A stretch of 64,000 bases of DNA from an uncultured Chloroflexia bacterium (GCA_963850555.1 CAWKLT010000002.1:19725-83724); one strand, 5' to 3'; counted from the first letter of the stretch, positions 50,721 to 63,936 are shown. Notes: generated by a model from the sequence alone, not told the origin. Program-made: numbers and translations.

Positions 50721-52569
50721 CTACTTGACGGTGATGACGGCGTGCTGCTCGTCGAGGCTGTTCTCGATGACCCCGGCCGCGATGAACGCATCAAAGGGGG
50801 TGAGGAATGGCTTGATCGACTCCTCGTATTCCGCACGCTCTTCGGGCGTCGCCTCCGAGAGCTGGCCCTCGACGAGGCCGCGCACGGCGGTGATGTCGAG
50901 GAAGCTGACTCCCGTGTGGGATGCACCGACACGCCCGACGAGGTCGGTATATCGGGCATCGTCGGCCAGGGATTGGCCCGCACCGGCATCGAGCACGTGC
51001 TTGACGAAATCGGGGCTGCCGCCGATGACGACGACGCCGTCGGTGGCGGCATACGAGATCTCGATGTTCCCTTCCGGGAGCTGCGTCGTGGCGTCATCCG
51101 GGATCGGGACGCCACCCAGGCCGGCGGCCAGGGCGGCCAGGTCCTCGGCGCTGCCGAGGTCGATGATCGTGATGACGGTCCCGGCGTACTGCTCCTCGCG
51201 GACGGTGATGCCGGCCTGCCCGCCGGCGAGGGTCGCGAAGGTCCGCAGCGTGGTCATGAACTGTGCGCCTGCGGCGGCATCCGCCGGGATCGACACGATC
51301 CCGCCTTCGACCGAGTCGCCGTCGCGCGCGATCACGATCCCGGTGTCGCCCATCCAGCCGACGCTGGCCTCCAGGCCGCCGAGCAGGCCTGCGGCCTGGT
51401 CGATGCCCTTGAATGCCTCGGCCATGGCCGGGTCGCTGCGGTAGAGGGCGATGGTCTCGTTGAGGGTCGCCCCGAGGTCGTTGCCGGCCGCGAGGGCCAG
51501 GGTCGACGGCGGCGCGTACGCGGCAACGCCGTTCGTGTCGTTGTCGCCCGGGCCCGGTGCTGCCTCGACGTGCGGCATGGCGCTGTCCATGACGAGGGCG
51601 TCTCCCTCGACGCGGAGGCGGAATGACGCCCATTCCGGCACGAGGGCCGTGAGCGTGTCACTCATCGGAGGCGCGGACGCCAGCGATTCCGTCATCTCGA
51701 GGGCGGCATCCATGATCGAGCGCAGGTCGACGAACACGAACCCGATGTCATCCCCGGGCATGGCGGACTGGGCCGCGGCGAACTCGTCGCTCGTCGACAT
51801 CGGGCTGGTCCCGCCGGTGTCGATCGCGGCCTTGACCGATGCGATGTCCCCGACGATCGCGACCTTGCCGTCGACGATGGCGAACGCCGCCCGGCCACTG
51901 GCCTCCTCGGGGTTCGTGAACGTGAGGAGCTCGACGCCGTCGTAGGTTTCCGGCACGGTCGTGACGCCCATCTCGGTCAGCGCGTTCGTGAACCACGTGC
52001 GGGCGAGCGCCTCGTCCTTGATCGACAGCATCACGACGGCTCGCGGCGTATCGGTCGCCGCATTGGCGGCGTCAGCGCCCTCCGGGAACGGTCCCATCGC
52101 GAAGGCGAGCTCGCCGTCGAACCACGGCTTGATGTCGGCGGCTATAGGTCTGCTTGCCGTCCGTGCTTTCGGAGAGCAGCCGATCGAGCACCTCGTCGAG
52201 CTTGGTCTCGAGCGCGGCTTGATCGGCGAAGCCCGGGAACTTGCTGAGGAACTCGCCGACTTCCTGGCGCTGGTCGCCCGGCAGGTCGAGGCGCAGCTCG
52301 CCGTAGGCCAGGCTGTCAGTCGGGACGTATCCGGCGACCGTGGACGTGGGTGAGGAGCCGGTCAGCGACAGCGTCGCGATCGCGGTCACGCCGACGATCA
52401 GGGCCACGATCCCGGCCGCCGCCAGCCAACGGACGCGACTGCGGCGCGGCTTGGCGCTCGCGGGGGTGCCGGGGGGCGTCAGCGGCGTCGTTGCGATCGG
52501 CGGAGCCGGTACCTCGGTCGAGGTCGTTTCGGTGTTCGGGTCGTAAGCGGGTCGTTCGTAGTCGGTCAT
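50721..52569 (-). CDS. membrane-anchored DUF3352-like protein; frame broken once
   Basis: ATG 52569 in ORF 52072..52635 ([22 protein letters not shown], ...[34 protein letters not shown]). It joins ORF 50721..52097 at ~52138-52143 ([18 protein letters not shown]...). The span length is 3n+1. The DUF3352 assignment is from memory of the family pattern. Confidence 0.55.
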
Positions 52570-52588
52570 CGCGTGGTCTCCCCGGCGC

Positions 52589-53923
52589 CTAGCGCCGATT
52601 CCCCATGAGGCCGCCGAGCGCGCCGCGCTTGCCACCCCCGGAAAGCTGCTTCATGAGCTTCTGCATCTCGCTGAACTGCTTGACGAGCTTGTTGACTTCT
52701 GGAAGGGCCGTGCCCGCACCGGCCGCGATGCGGCGTCGGCGGGAGGCGTTGAGCACGGTGGGGTCGCGGCGCTCGGCCGGGGTCATCGCCCGGATGATCG
52801 CCTCGGTCCGCTTGAGGTCGCCGCGGTCCACCGCGGCCTGGGCCTCGCCGGCCATGTTGCCCATGCCCGGGATCATGCCCATGATCTGGCCGATCGGCCC
52901 CATCTTCTGGACCGCCTGGAGCTGCTCGAGCATGTCCTCGAGCGTGAAGCTCGACTTGCGGATCTTCTCCTCGAGCTTCTCGGCCTGGTTGACGTCGAAG
53001 GTTTCCTGGGCTCGTTCGACCAGGGTCAGGATGTCGCCCATCCCGAGGATCCGGCCCGCAAGCCGGTCCGGATGGAAGACTTCGAGCGCGTCGGTCTTCT
53101 CGCCGGTGCCCAGGAACTTGACCGGGATCCCGGTCACGGCCGAGATGCTGAGCGCGGCGCCACCGCGGGCATCGCCATCGATCTTGGTCAGGATGAGCCC
53201 GGTCACGGGCACCGCCGCGACGAAGGCCTGCGCGACGCCGACGGCCTCCTGGCCGGTCATGGCGTCGACGACGAGGAGCGTCTCGATCGGCTTCACGGCC
53301 GCGTTCACGGCCGCGATCTCCTGCATGAGGGTCTCGTCGATGCTGAGCCGCCCGGCGGTGTCGAGGATCACGACATCGCGAACCTGGCGCTTGGCGGCCT
53401 CGACGCCCTGACGGGCGATGTCGGGGACGCTGGTGCCGATCGGGGCACGGTAGACCGGGATGTCGAGCTGCTTGCCGAGCGTCTCGAGCTGATCGGCAGC
53501 CGCAGGGCGGTACGGGTCCGCAGCCACGAGCAGCGGCCGGCGGCCCTGTTTGACGATGTGGCGGGCGAGCTTGGCCGTGCTCGTGGTCTTGCCCGAGCCC
53601 TGGAGGCCGACCATCGCGACGACCGCGGGGTTGCCGGACAGGTGGAAGACGCGGTCGCCTGCGCCGAGGAGGTCGACGAGCTCGTCGTGGACGATCTTGA
53701 CGACCTGCTGACCGGCGGTGAGGCTGTCGAGGACGTCGCCGCCGATGGCCTTCTCGCGGACGCGCGCCACGAAGTCCTTGACGACCTTGAAGTTGACGTC
53801 GGCTTCGAGCAGGGCGAGCCGGACCTCGCGCATGGCCGTTTCCACGTCGGCCTCGCTGATCCGGCCGCGGCCGGTCAGGTTGCCGAGCGTCGCTCGCAGT
53901 CGCTCGCTGAGGGTGTCGAACAC
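52589..53923 (-). CDS. ffh: signal recognition particle protein Ffh
   Basis: GTG 53923 within ORF 52589..54112 gives 444 aa. Motifs: VFDTLSERLRATLGNLTG, MVGLQGSGKTTSTAKLA, DTAGRL, TKIDGDARGGAALS and a Met-rich M domain (GQIMGMIPGMGNM). Confidence 0.95.
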   Translation of the reverse strand: MFDTLSERLRATLGNLTGRGRISEADVETAMREVRLALLEADVNFKVVKDFVARVREKAIGGDVLDSLTAGQQVVKIVHDELVDLLGAGDRVFHLSGNPAVVAMVGLQGSGKTTSTAKLARHIVKQGRRPLLVAADPYRPAAADQLETLGKQLDIPVYRAPIGTSVPDIARQGVEAAKRQVRDVVILDTAGRLSIDETLMQEIAAVNAAVKPIETLLVVDAMTGQEAVGVAQAFVAAVPVTGLILTKIDGDARGGAALSISAVTGIPVKFLGTGEKTDALEVFHPDRLAGRILGMGDILTLVERAQETFDVNQAEKLEEKIRKSSFTLEDMLEQLQAVQKMGPIGQIMGMIPGMGNMAGEAQAAVDRGDLKRTEAIIRAMTPAERRDPTVLNASRRRRIAAGAGTALPEVNKLVKQFSEMQKLMKQLSGGGKRGALGGLMGNRR

Positions 53924-54021
53924 GGTCCGATCAGGGCTCCCAGGTGTTGGTGAGGGCCGGGCGAGTCGTGGCGGGTGCCGTGACCGGTCCGGTGGTGCGC
54001 GAGTTCTGACGCACCGAGCGT

Positions 54022-54043
54022 GCGGAGTGTAGCGCAGGGTCCG
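54022..54043 (-). promoter_or_regulatory. candidate ffh promoter (-10 TACACT + CCGC); near-identical copy of the rpsB upstream block
   Basis: Minus strand reads cggaccctgcgcTACACTccgc (-10 at 54031-54026), ~100 nt upstream of GTG 53923, in the divergent region shared with the MFS gene. Confidence 0.4.
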
Positions 54044-54087
54044 CTGGAACGCGCCGGACGACGGACGTCGATGTAGGCTCCGCGTTC

Positions 54088-55398
54088 GTGCGCAATCCCT
54101 TCTCGTCCCCACTCTGGAGCAACAACGCCTTCGTCCGGGTGTGGACGGCTGCGAGCATCTCGATCTTCGGCTCGCTCATCACGCGCATCGCGCTGCCACT
54201 CGTCGCGATCCTGACCCTGGATGCCGGACCGATCGAGGTCGCCGTCCTGCGCGGCATGGATCTTGCCGTGGCGCTCATCGTCGGGCTCGTCGCCGGTGCC
54301 TGGGTGGATCGCCTGCGCCGGCGGCCGGTCCTGATCTGGGCGGACCTGGGCCGAGCGGCGCTGCTGCTGGTGATCCCCGTCTCGTTCATGCTCGGGACGC
54401 TGGCGCTGTGGCAGCTCCTCGTCGTCGCCGCGCTCACCGCCGTGCTGACGACGTTCTTCGACGCCGCGGACAACGCGTACCTGCCGACGATCGTCGAGCG
54501 GGAGCGCCTGCTCGAGGCGAACAGCGCGCTCGCGGCGAGCGGTTCCGTGGCCGAGTTCGCGGGCTTCGGCATCAGCGGCATCCTCGTCCAGCTCCTCACC
54601 GGGCCGATCACCATCGTCATCAACGCGGTCACGTACCTGGTCTCGGCGGTGCTGCTCTTGACCGTTCGGCACGTGGAGGCGCCGCCGCCGCCTCGCGAGG
54701 ATCGCGAGCCCGTGCTCGACGAGATCCGCCAGGGACTCCGGCTGGTCCGCCACAACCCGGTGCTTCGGGCATTCGCGGGCGCCCAGATGCTCATGTCGAT
54801 GCTGTGGGGAATCTTCGGGGCGACCTGGTTCCTGTTCGCGATCGACGAGCTCGGCGTCGGCCCGGCGCTCGTGGGCATCGTCGCCGGGGTCGGCGGCGCG
54901 TCGTCGTTCATCGGGGCCATCGTGGCGACGCGGTCGACACGTCGCTGGGGGATCGGGCCGGTGGCGATCGCCGCGATGCTGCTGGCCGCGCTGGGCAACC
55001 TGTTCATCCCGCTCGCGCCTGCCGGCCTGCCGCTTGTCGCCGTCGCGTGCCTGGTCGCCCAGCAGCTCATCGCCGACTCCGCGATCACGGTCTACGACGT
55101 GACGGAGACGTCCGTGCGCCAGGCACTCGTCGCGGACCGGGAGCTCGGCCGCGTCGCGTCGACCTTCCAGGTCCTGTCGGCGGGAGCCCAGCTCGTGGCG
55201 ACCATCGGCGCCGGCCTGCTGGCCGAGGTCATCGGGCTGCGGGCGACCTCGTTGCTCGCCCCCTTGGGCGGGCTTTTGGCCGGGGCGATCCTGTACTGGT
55301 CGCCGGTCCGCAATCTGATCGAGCTGCCCGTGACCGACCATCGATCGGCGGCCCAGATGGCCCTCGACGCGGAACGAGATCAGCCGGTCGGTGCCTGA
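54088..55398 (+). CDS. MFS transporter (EntS/DUF894-like)
   Basis: Intact 436-aa ORF (GTG start): [28 protein letters not shown]...[17 protein letters not shown]... with about 12 hydrophobic helices. Confidence 0.8.
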   Translation: MRNPFSSPLWSNNAFVRVWTAASISIFGSLITRIALPLVAILTLDAGPIEVAVLRGMDLAVALIVGLVAGAWVDRLRRRPVLIWADLGRAALLLVIPVSFMLGTLALWQLLVVAALTAVLTTFFDAADNAYLPTIVERERLLEANSALAASGSVAEFAGFGISGILVQLLTGPITIVINAVTYLVSAVLLLTVRHVEAPPPPREDREPVLDEIRQGLRLVRHNPVLRAFAGAQMLMSMLWGIFGATWFLFAIDELGVGPALVGIVAGVGGASSFIGAIVATRSTRRWGIGPVAIAAMLLAALGNLFIPLAPAGLPLVAVACLVAQQLIADSAITVYDVTETSVRQALVADRELGRVASTFQVLSAGAQLVATIGAGLLAEVIGLRATSLLAPLGGLLAGAILYWSPVRNLIELPVTDHRSAAQMALDAERDQPVGA

Positions 55399-55547
55399 CC
55401 GGGCACGTTGGGCCCGGCTGGTGCAGGAGCGCGGCCGGTCCCCCAGACTGGGGGCGAACGGATGGATCGGCAGACGCGGCTCGTGCTCTGCAGCTGCTCG
55501 CCAGGGCACGCCCGACTGCGATGAGGTAGTTCGATGACGAAGGGGAA

Positions 55548-58255
55548 GTGAGCGCCGAGCGGCAGCGGCAGGATGAGGCGCGCGAACGCGGCGTCCCGTG
55601 GGCGAGATGGGGCCCGTACCTCTCGGAACGACAGTGGGGCACCGTCCGCGAGGACTACAGCGACAGCGGCGACGCGTGGAGCTACCTGCCGCACGATCAC
55701 GCGCGCTCGCGCGCCTACCGCTGGGGCGAGGACGGCCTGGCCGGCATCTCCGACGATCAGCAGCGGCTGTGCTTCGCGCTCGCGCTCTGGAACGGCCAGG
55801 ACCCGATCCTCAAGGAGCGTCTGTTCGGCCTGACGAACAGCGAGGGCAACCACGGCGAGGACGTCAAGGAGTACTACTTCTACCTCGACTCGACGCCCAC
55901 GCACTCGTACATGAAGTACCTCTACAAGTACCCGCAGGCGGCCTACCCGTACGGCGACCTCCTCGAGACGAACCGCGACCGTGGCCGTGGCGACGCGGAG
56001 TACGAGCTGCTCGATACCGGTGTGTTCGACGACGACCGCTATTTCGACGTCCTGGTCGAGTACGCGAAGGCGACTCCCGACGACCTCCTCGTCGAGATCA
56101 CCGTCACGAACCGCGGGCCCGAGGCCGCGACCCTCGACGTCCTGCCGACCATCTGGTTCCGGAACACCTGGTCGTGGGGCGGCGACGCGCCGCGGCCGCT
56201 GCTGCGCGACGCGAGCACGCCTTCGAGCACGGTCATCGCGGCGTCGCACCCGGACCTGGGCGACCGATACCTCGCCTGCGCGGACTCGCCCTCGCTGCTC
56301 TTCACGGAGAACGAGACCAACACCGACCGACTGTTCGGGACTCCCTCGCCGACCCCGTACGTCAAGGACGGCATCGACCGGTTCATCGTCCAGGGCGAAC
56401 CCGGCGCGGTGAACCCGGAGCGGAGCGGGACGAAGGCCGCGGCCCACTACGCGCTGACGGTTCCGGCGGGTGGATCGCAGACCGTTCGCCTGCGCCTGTC
56501 GGAGACGGCGCCCGACGTCCCGTGGCCCGGCCTCGGCCGGCACGGACCCCCGTCGGCACTCGGACCGACTTCGATACGCTCTTCGACCTTCGTCGCCAGG
56601 AGGCCGACGCGTTCTACGCGGAGGTCATCCCGGCGTCCCTGGACGCCGATTCGGCGCTCGTGATGCGGCAGGCCCTGGCCGGGATGCTGTGGTCCAAGCA
56701 GTACTACCACTACGACGTGGATCGGTGGCTCAAGGAGCACGGCGTCGAACCCTTCGGCGAGGCGTCGCTCGGGTCCACGCGCAACGACCGCTGGGACCAC
56801 ATGGCCAACGCGGACGTGATCTCGATGCCCGACAAGTGGGAGTACCCGTGGTACGCGGCCTGGGACCTGGCCTTTCACGTCGTGGCGTTGACCCTCGTCG
56901 ACGAGGACTTCGGGAAGGCCCAGCTCGAGCTCATGCTCCAGGGTCGATACCTGCACCCCAGCGGTCAACTGCCCGCCTACGAGTGGAACTTCGGCGACGT
57001 CAACCCGCCGGTCCACGCCTGGGCGACGATCTTCACGTACCGGCTCGAGAAGGCGCACCGCGGCCACGGTGATGTCGACTGGCTGGAGCGCGTCTTCCAC
57101 AAGCTCCTCCTGAACTTCACCTGGTGGGTGAATCGGAAGGACCGCAGCGGCAGCAACCTGTTCGAAGGCGGATTCCTCGGGCTCGACAACATCGGGGTCT
57201 TCGATCGGAGTGCGCCGCTGCCGACGGGGGGCTACCTCGAGCAGGCGGACGGGACCGCCTGGATGGCGCTGTACTGCCAGACGATGCTCGAGATCTCGGT
57301 CGAGCTCGCGCTCGAGCGACCCGCGTACGCGGATATGGCCGAGAAGTTCATCGAGCACTTCCTGTGGATCGCCACCTCGATGATGCACGCCGGCGCCGAC
57401 ACCGGAATGTGGGACGAGGAAGACGGCTTCTTCTACGACGTGCTCCGACGTCCGGATGGCACCGCCGAGCGCCTCAAGGTCCGCTCGATGGTCGGATTGC
57501 TACCGCTCTGTGCGGCCACCACGTTCGATGGCCGGCTGCTCGATCGGTACCCGGAGCTCGCGGGTCGGGCGCGCGACTTCCTCGACGGCCGGCCCGAAGT
57601 GCGCGCGTTCATCCACGACCCGATCCAGCAAGGTCATGGGGGCCGGCGACTCGCATCGATCCTCGATGAGCGAAAGCTCCGCCGGGTCCTCGCCACGATG
57701 CTCGACGAGGACGAGTTCCTGAGCCCGCACGGCATCCGTGCCTTGTCGAAGCACCACGCCGAGCATCCCTACGTGTTCGATGTCGGCGACCAGGAATTCC
57801 GCGTCGCCTATCTCCCCGCCGAGTCCGATAGCGGCATGTTCGGGGGCAATTCGAACTGGCGCGGACCGATCTGGATGCCGGTCAACGCGCTCATCATCCG
57901 GGCGCTGCTCCAGTACCACAGCTACTTCGGGGACGAGTTCCAGATCGAATGCCCCACGGGCTCCGGCAACCTGATGAACCTGTACGAGGTCGCCGCGGAG
58001 CTCAGTCGCCGACTGAGCAGCATCTTCCTGCGCGACGAGGATGGTCGGCGACCCGTCTTCGGCGACTCGCGCACGTTCCAGGACGACCCGAACTGGCGGG
58101 ACCTCATCCTGTTCTACGAGTACTTCCACGGCGATGACGGCAGCGGTCTCGGGGCCAGCCATCAGACCGGGTGGACCGGCGTCGTCGCCCGGGCGATGCA
58201 CCTGTTCGCGACGACGACCTCCGACGATGTCCTGGGGTCGAAACCCGTCGCGTAG
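55548..58255 (+). CDS. GH63-type (MGH1-like) glucosidase; frame broken once
   Basis: ORF 55548..56663 N-terminal part ([18 protein letters not shown]..., [37 protein letters not shown]). It joins ORF 55598..58255 within 56515-56560 (apparent missing base, C5 run at 56547-56551). The second ORF carries [64 protein letters not shown]. The span length is 3n+2. Confidence 0.8.
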
Positions 58256-58277
58256 CCAGCGGGATCCCGATCGAGGG

Positions 58278-59436
58278 TCAGGCGAATAGCGCGTCCACGA
58301 AGGCGTCCGGGTCGAACGGGAGCAGGTCACCGACCCCCTCCCCCACCCCGACGAAGCGAACCGGGACGCCGAGCGAGTGCTCGATGGCGAAGACGATGCC
58401 GCCCTTGGCCGTCGAATCGAGCTTGGTCAGGACGATCCCGGTCAGCCCGACGGCCTCATGGAAGGCGTTGGCCTGGGCGAGGCCGTTCTGGCCGGTGGTC
58501 GCATCGAGCACGAACAGGGTTTCGGGCGCCGCGCCGGGCAGGCGCTTGTCGATGATGCGACGCACCTTCGTGAGCTCGTCCATGAGGTTCGACTTCGTGT
58601 GCAGCCGACCGGCCGTGTCGGCGATGACGAGATCCGCGCCCCTGGCGACGGCCGCATCGAGCGCGTCGTACACGACCGCGCCGGGGTCGGCGCCGGGTGC
58701 GTGGGCGATCATCGGCACCTCGGCACGGTCGGCCCAGATCCGGAGCTGATCGATGGCGGCCGCGCGAAACGTGTCGGCTGCGGCCAGGATGACGCTCCGC
58801 CCTCCGGCGGCGTAGCGGGCGGCGAGCTTGCCGATCGTCGTCGTCTTGCCGGTGCCGTTGACGCCGACGACGAGCACGACCGCGGGCCCGCCCTCGACCG
58901 CGGAGCGGGGCTGCCAGTCGACGTCGCGATCGACCAGGAGGGCCGCCAGCTCGGCGCGGATCGCCGCCTCCGGCCCGCCTGGCTCGCGCCGCTTCCGGGC
59001 GCGCTCGACGAGATCGATCGACAGCGCGGCACCGACGTCGCCGGCGATGAGCGTCTCCTCGACCTCGTCCCATTGCGGGCCATCGGCGTTCCCGAGGTAG
59101 CCACGGAGCTGGGTCACTAGCCCTGTGCGGGTCTTCTCGAGGCCGGTCTCGAGCGAACCCTCCGGGACGACGGCGAGGAACGCGGTCGGGTCGAAGGGCG
59201 CGTACGCCGGCGTCGGAGCCGGCTCGGCGGGCGTGGCGATCGGCGGCTCGAGTGCCGCTCCGCCAAGCGCGTCGGCCGTCAGATCCTTCGATTTCGAAGC
59301 TTTCGGGTGGGAGCGGGGCGGGCGGCGACGGCGCGGGCGCCTCCGGTGCAGGCGGCTCCGAGGCGGGTGGATCCGGAGCGGCTGGTTCGGTCGTGACCTC
59401 TGGTTCTGCCTCCCGCCGGCGACGCCAGAAGGCCAT
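58278..59436 (-). CDS. ftsY: signal recognition particle receptor FtsY; frame broken once
   Basis: ATG 59436 (TGATG overlap with the smc stop): MAFWRRRREAEPEV... Pro/Ala/Glu-rich N-region. It joins the frame of ORF 58278..59117 at ~59283-59288 (open upstream of its listed GTG). Motifs: VVGVNGTGKTTTIGKLA, DTAGRLH, TKLDSTAKGG. The span length is 3n+1. Confidence 0.9.
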
Positions 59437-62400
59437 CAGCCCGCCACGCTGAGCTCGTGGCCGCGCTCGGCCGCGAGGGCCTGCGCCTCCTCGAGCCGCA
59501 GGCTGATCACCCGCGACACGGAGTCGTCCCCGACGGTCACCCCGTAGAGCGCGTCGGCGGCCTCGATCGTGCCGCGGTTGTGGGTGATCACGATGAACTG
59601 GGTCTGGTGCGCGAGGCTCCGGAGCGCGTCGGCGAACCGGTCGATGTTCGCCTCGTCCAGCGCCGCATCGACCTCGTCGAGCACGCAGAACGGCACCGGT
59701 CGGACCTCGAGCATCGCGAACAGCAGGGCGACCGCGGTGAGGGCGCGCTCCCCGCCCGACAGCATCGCCAGCGCCTGGGCCTTCTTGCCGGGCGGGCGCG
59801 CCACGATCTCGACGCCGGTCGATCCCAGGTCGGTCGGGTCCGTCAGCGAGAGGCGCGCGAAGCCGCCGCCGAAGAGCTGCTCGAAGCGTCGCTCGAACGC
59901 GGTCTCCAGTGCCTGGAACGTCGTCCGGAACTGGTCGGCGATCATCGTGTCGAGCTCGGCGATGAGCTCGCGGGTCTTGCCGATCGCCGACTGCAGGTCC
60001 GAATCCTGTGCCTCGAGGGTCTCGAGCCGCGTCTTGAGCTCCGCGTACTCATCGACGGCGTACGGATTGGCCGCCCCGAGCTCGTGGTAGCGACGGCGCA
60101 GCTGTGCGAGCCGCCCGGGCGACGGCGGCGCGACCGTCGGCGGCTCGTCGGCCCAGCGCCCCGCGACCGCGGCCAGGGCGCGCTCGAGCGCCGCCGTGTC
60201 CTCGGCGAACCCGTCGCCGTCCGCGCCCTCGTCCGATGCGTCGGCATCGTCGGGCGCGGCCCGGACGTCCTCGCTCCCCGTGCCGGCATCCGAGCTGACT
60301 GCCGTGCTCTTCACACCGAGACTCGCGAGCCCGAGCGCGCCCATCCCGGCGAGCTCCACGAGCACGCTTTCGCGCAGCGAGTCGAGCCCGAGCCGGGCCT
60401 CGAGCTCGGCGTGGTCCGCCGCTCGAAGGCGATCGTCCGCCGAGCGGAGATGCTCGCGGGCGCCCGACGCCGCCCGCTCCGCCTCGGACAAGCGGGTCCG
60501 ATCGGCGTCGTCGGCGGCGCGGAGCACGGTCAGGGCCTCGCGAGCGCTCGATTCGACCGCCGTGGCGGTGGCGACGTCGCCGCGAAGGGCGTCGCGCTCC
60601 GCGGTCAGCCGGGCTTCGTGCTCCGCGAGCGCGGCGATCTCGCGCTCTGCTCGAGCGATCCGCTCCTCGGTCATGGTCGCGGCCGCCTCGGCGCGGGCCC
60701 GACGATGCTCCGCCTCGAGACGCGCCGCGTCCTGGGTCGTGAGGCGCACCGCCAGCCGGTCGCGACGCTCGCGGAGATCGGCGGATCGGGTCTCCCAGGC
60801 GGCGAGACCTGCGCTGGGCGTCGTCCGTTGCCGGCCCGCCTCGACCTCCGTCAGGCGTCGCCGGGGGCGCGGTCGCTGTCATGCCCTCGACCGCCTCGCG
60901 GAGACGCGCGAGCTCGCCGTCCAGGCGCGTGCGCTGCGCCTCGTGCCAGGCGACTTCCCGGGCGATCGCCTCGGATTCACGGGCCACGGCCCGTTCCGCC
61001 TCTTCGGCTCGGCGGCGGTCCGCGGTCAGGCTCGCTTCGTGGGCGCGAGCGGCATCCAGCGAGCTGCGGGCCTGCGTCGCCGCCGCGACGCTGGTCGTGA
61101 CCGCGCGCTGCAGCTCGGCGAGCTCCACCTCGGCGCGTTCCAGGTCGGCGTTCAGGCGAGCGTGTTCTGCCCGCCGTTCCAGCACGGAATCCGCGGCCCC
61201 GAGCGTGACGCCGGTGTCATCGACGACGGCCGAACCGTCTCGGGCGACCGCCACCCAGCCCGCCGGCAACGATGCCTGGATGGCGAGGCATGCGGCGAGA
61301 TCGGGCATCCAGACGGCCCGCGCGAGCAGGCGCCGCACGCCACCGGTCGCATCCCGCCGGACCGCTTCGATCAACCGACCACCGCCGGCCTCGGCGACGG
61401 CGTCCAGGCAGCGGCGGGTCGCCGCGTCCGTGATCGGCACCTCGCCCGACAGCCGTTCCTCGACCAGCAAGCGACCGCGCTCGGCGGCGAGGTCCGTGAC
61501 CTTGTCCGTCGCGACGAGGTAGGCCCGCGCCCGGTCGGCCAGGACGGCCTCCACGGCCGCGCGCAGACCCGGATCCACGGCGAGATCCTCATCCAGCCGG
61601 CGGCCGCCGGCCTTGCGTGCCGCCCGCGCGATCGGGCGACGCTCCTCCTCCGCCAGATGATCCGCCAGGGCTTCCGCTCGACCGCGCAGCCCCGCGACCG
61701 CCGCGGAGGCCGTGGCCGCCCGATCGGCCGTCGCGGCGCGTTCCGCCTCGGCCGTCTCGAGCGCCGTCCGCGCGGCTTCGCGCGTCGCCAGGGCCGTCGA
61801 CTCTGCGGTCAGCGCTTGTTCCAGCGATGCCCTCGCCGTCTCGTGCCGCTCCGTGACCTCCGCGCGGCGGGCCTCCACGTCCGCCGCGGCCGCCGTCTCT
61901 TCGGCCGCCCGACGTTCGGCCTCCGCCAGCCGCCGCCGAGCGGTCTCGGACTCGGCCTGCCGTGCCCCTTCCGCCCGACGCAGGGCGGCGAGCTGCTCCC
62001 CTTGTGCCTGCGACGCGGTGCGGAGCGTGGCCAGTTCGGCCAGCGCCTCGGCCAACTCTCGATCGGCCTCGGTGACGGCCGCTTCGAGGTCGAGATCACG
62101 GGCCGGCACCGGCGTCGCCATCGCCCGGCGCTGGACGGCGGCTTCCGCCTCGGCGGCGGAACGCTCGTCCGAGAGCCGGGCGCGGTCCCGTTCGATCGCC
62201 TCGAGATCCGCGGCCAGTCGCCCGTCTCGTAGCTGCAACCCGGTCAACGTCGCCTGCGCCACCTCGTGGGCCTCGCGGCGCTCGCGCTCCACGGCCGTCC
62301 GGGCCGACAGTTCCGCGGCGAGCGCGGCGGCACCGGCCTCGGCGGCATCAAGGTCCGCCATGGCGCGATCGGCCTCGGCCTGCGCCCGTTCGTGTCGCCC

Positions 62401-63151
62401 GCCCGCCTGCGTGAGCCGAGTCGCAGCTTCATGCCATCGCGCGTGGGTCGCCGCCAGGAGCGCCGTCGCGAGCTCGTCCCCGATGCTCGATCGGGTCGCC
62501 TGCTGGTCGGCCTGTGCCGCCAGTCGTCGCGCCTGCGGGCGGAGCTCGGCCAGGATGTCCTCCACGCGCGCGAGGTTCGCCTCCGACTCGATCAGCTGCT
62601 CCTCGGCCTTCCGCCGCCGGCGCTCGTGCCGTCGGACGCCGGCCACCTCCTCGAACAGCGGACGCCGTTCCTCGGGCCGCAACGCCAGGGCCTGGTCGAC
62701 CATGCCCTGGCCGATGAACAGGAACGCGTTGTCGGCCAGGTGCGCGCCATCGAGGAGGTCGACGAGGTCGCGCAGGCGGATGCGCTGCTTGTTGAGGAGG
62801 TATTCGTTCTCGCCGCTGCGGAAGAGCCGGCGACCGAGCTCGAGGACCTGGAAATCGACCGGCAGGAGCCCATCGCTGTTGTCGAGGACCAGCGTGACGT
62901 CCGCCATGCCCTGGGCGGAGCGCTTCTCCGACCCGGCCCAGATGACGTCCTCGGCCTTGCGCGATCGCAGGGCGCGGCCTTGCTCCCCGAGTGCCCAGCG
63001 GAGTGCGTCGGCGAGATTGCTCTTGCCTGACCCATTCGGCCCGACGACCGCGCTGATCCCGCCACCGAACTCGACGTTGGTCCGCTCCGCGAACGACTTG
63101 AACCCCTGGAGACGGAGCGCGAGCAGGCGCGGTCCGGCAGGGCCGGGCCAT
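59436..63151 (-). CDS. smc: chromosome segregation protein SMC; frame broken at least twice
   Basis: ATG 63151 is out of frame with the conserved N-terminus (RLLALRLQGFKSFAERT...VVGPNGSGKSNLADALRWALGEQ), which is open upstream of ORF 60049..62907. The first junction is at 63105-63150, followed by the long coiled coil and hinge. The second junction is at ~60855, into the ORF 59436..60749 frame (signature LSGGERALTAVALLFA, Walker B FCVLDEVDAALD). The span length is 3n+2. Confidence 0.9.
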
Positions 63152-63204
63152 GACGCCGCGCGTCGGCGGGGCGCTGGCCGCCGGTCGCGTCTCGACGCCG
63201 TCCG

Positions 63205-63936
63205 TCACGCCTTCACCGGCTCGTCGCGCGCGCGATCGAGCTCGCGTTGCGTACGGATGTGCTCGATCGCCTCGGCGGCGGCCGCGGTCTCCGCGATCCG
63301 CCGGGACGCCCCTTCGCCGACGCCGAGCAGCTCGCCGTCCACCCAGACCTGGATCCGGAAGGACTTTTCGTGGTCAGGCCCCGTCGCGCCGAGGAGCCGG
63401 TACTCCGGTCGCGCGCCGCTGCGCCGTTGCGTGTATTCCTGCAACCGGCTCTTCGGGCTCTTGAGGCTCGTGATCGGTGCCTCCAGCTCCAGCTCGGGCG
63501 AGGCCAGGTCGATCAGCCAGTCCCGCACGAGGTCATATCCGAGGTCCAGGTACAGCGCCCCGATCAGGGCTTCGAACGAGGAGGCGAGCAGTGACGGTCG
63601 GCGCCGGGCGCTGCGCTGGGACTCTCCCTCGCCGAGCATGACGTCCGCACCGAGACCGATGCGACCCGCGAGTCGCGAGAGGCCGGTCGTGGAAACGATG
63701 GCCGCCCGCCGCGCGGACAGCGCGCCCTCGTCGTCGTCGGGATGGCGGGTGTAGAGCGCCTCGGAGATCGTGAGGTTCACCACGACGTCGCCGAGGAACT
63801 CGAGGCGTTCGTTGTGACCGCGGGCCGCATCCGGGTGTTCGTGCAGCCAACTCGAATGGACGAGGGCCTGTTCCAGCAGGTCGAGGTCCCTGACGGGGAG
63901 ACCCAGTCGATCCGCGAGCCCCCGTCCCGGTCGCAC
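63205..63936 (-). CDS. rnc: ribonuclease III
   Basis: Intact 243-aa ORF (GTG start, SD GGAGG) with the RNase III signature NERLEFLGDVVVNL and a dsRBD (KSRLQEYTQRRSGARPEYRLLGATGPDHEKSFRIQVWVDG). Confidence 0.9.
   Translation of the reverse strand: MRPGRGLADRLGLPVRDLDLLEQALVHSSWLHEHPDAARGHNERLEFLGDVVVNLTISEALYTRHPDDDEGALSARRAAIVSTTGLSRLAGRIGLGADVMLGEGESQRSARRRPSLLASSFEALIGALYLDLGYDLVRDWLIDLASPELELEAPITSLKSPKSRLQEYTQRRSGARPEYRLLGATGPDHEKSFRIQVWVDGELLGVGEGASRRIAETAAAAEAIEHIRTQRELDRARDEPVKA

Noticed and set aside
58256-58277. cgggatcccg palindrome between the convergent GH63 and ftsY genes as a bidirectional terminator.
   Set aside because: It is a 10-nt palindrome with no loop and no U/A tracts, too weak to call.
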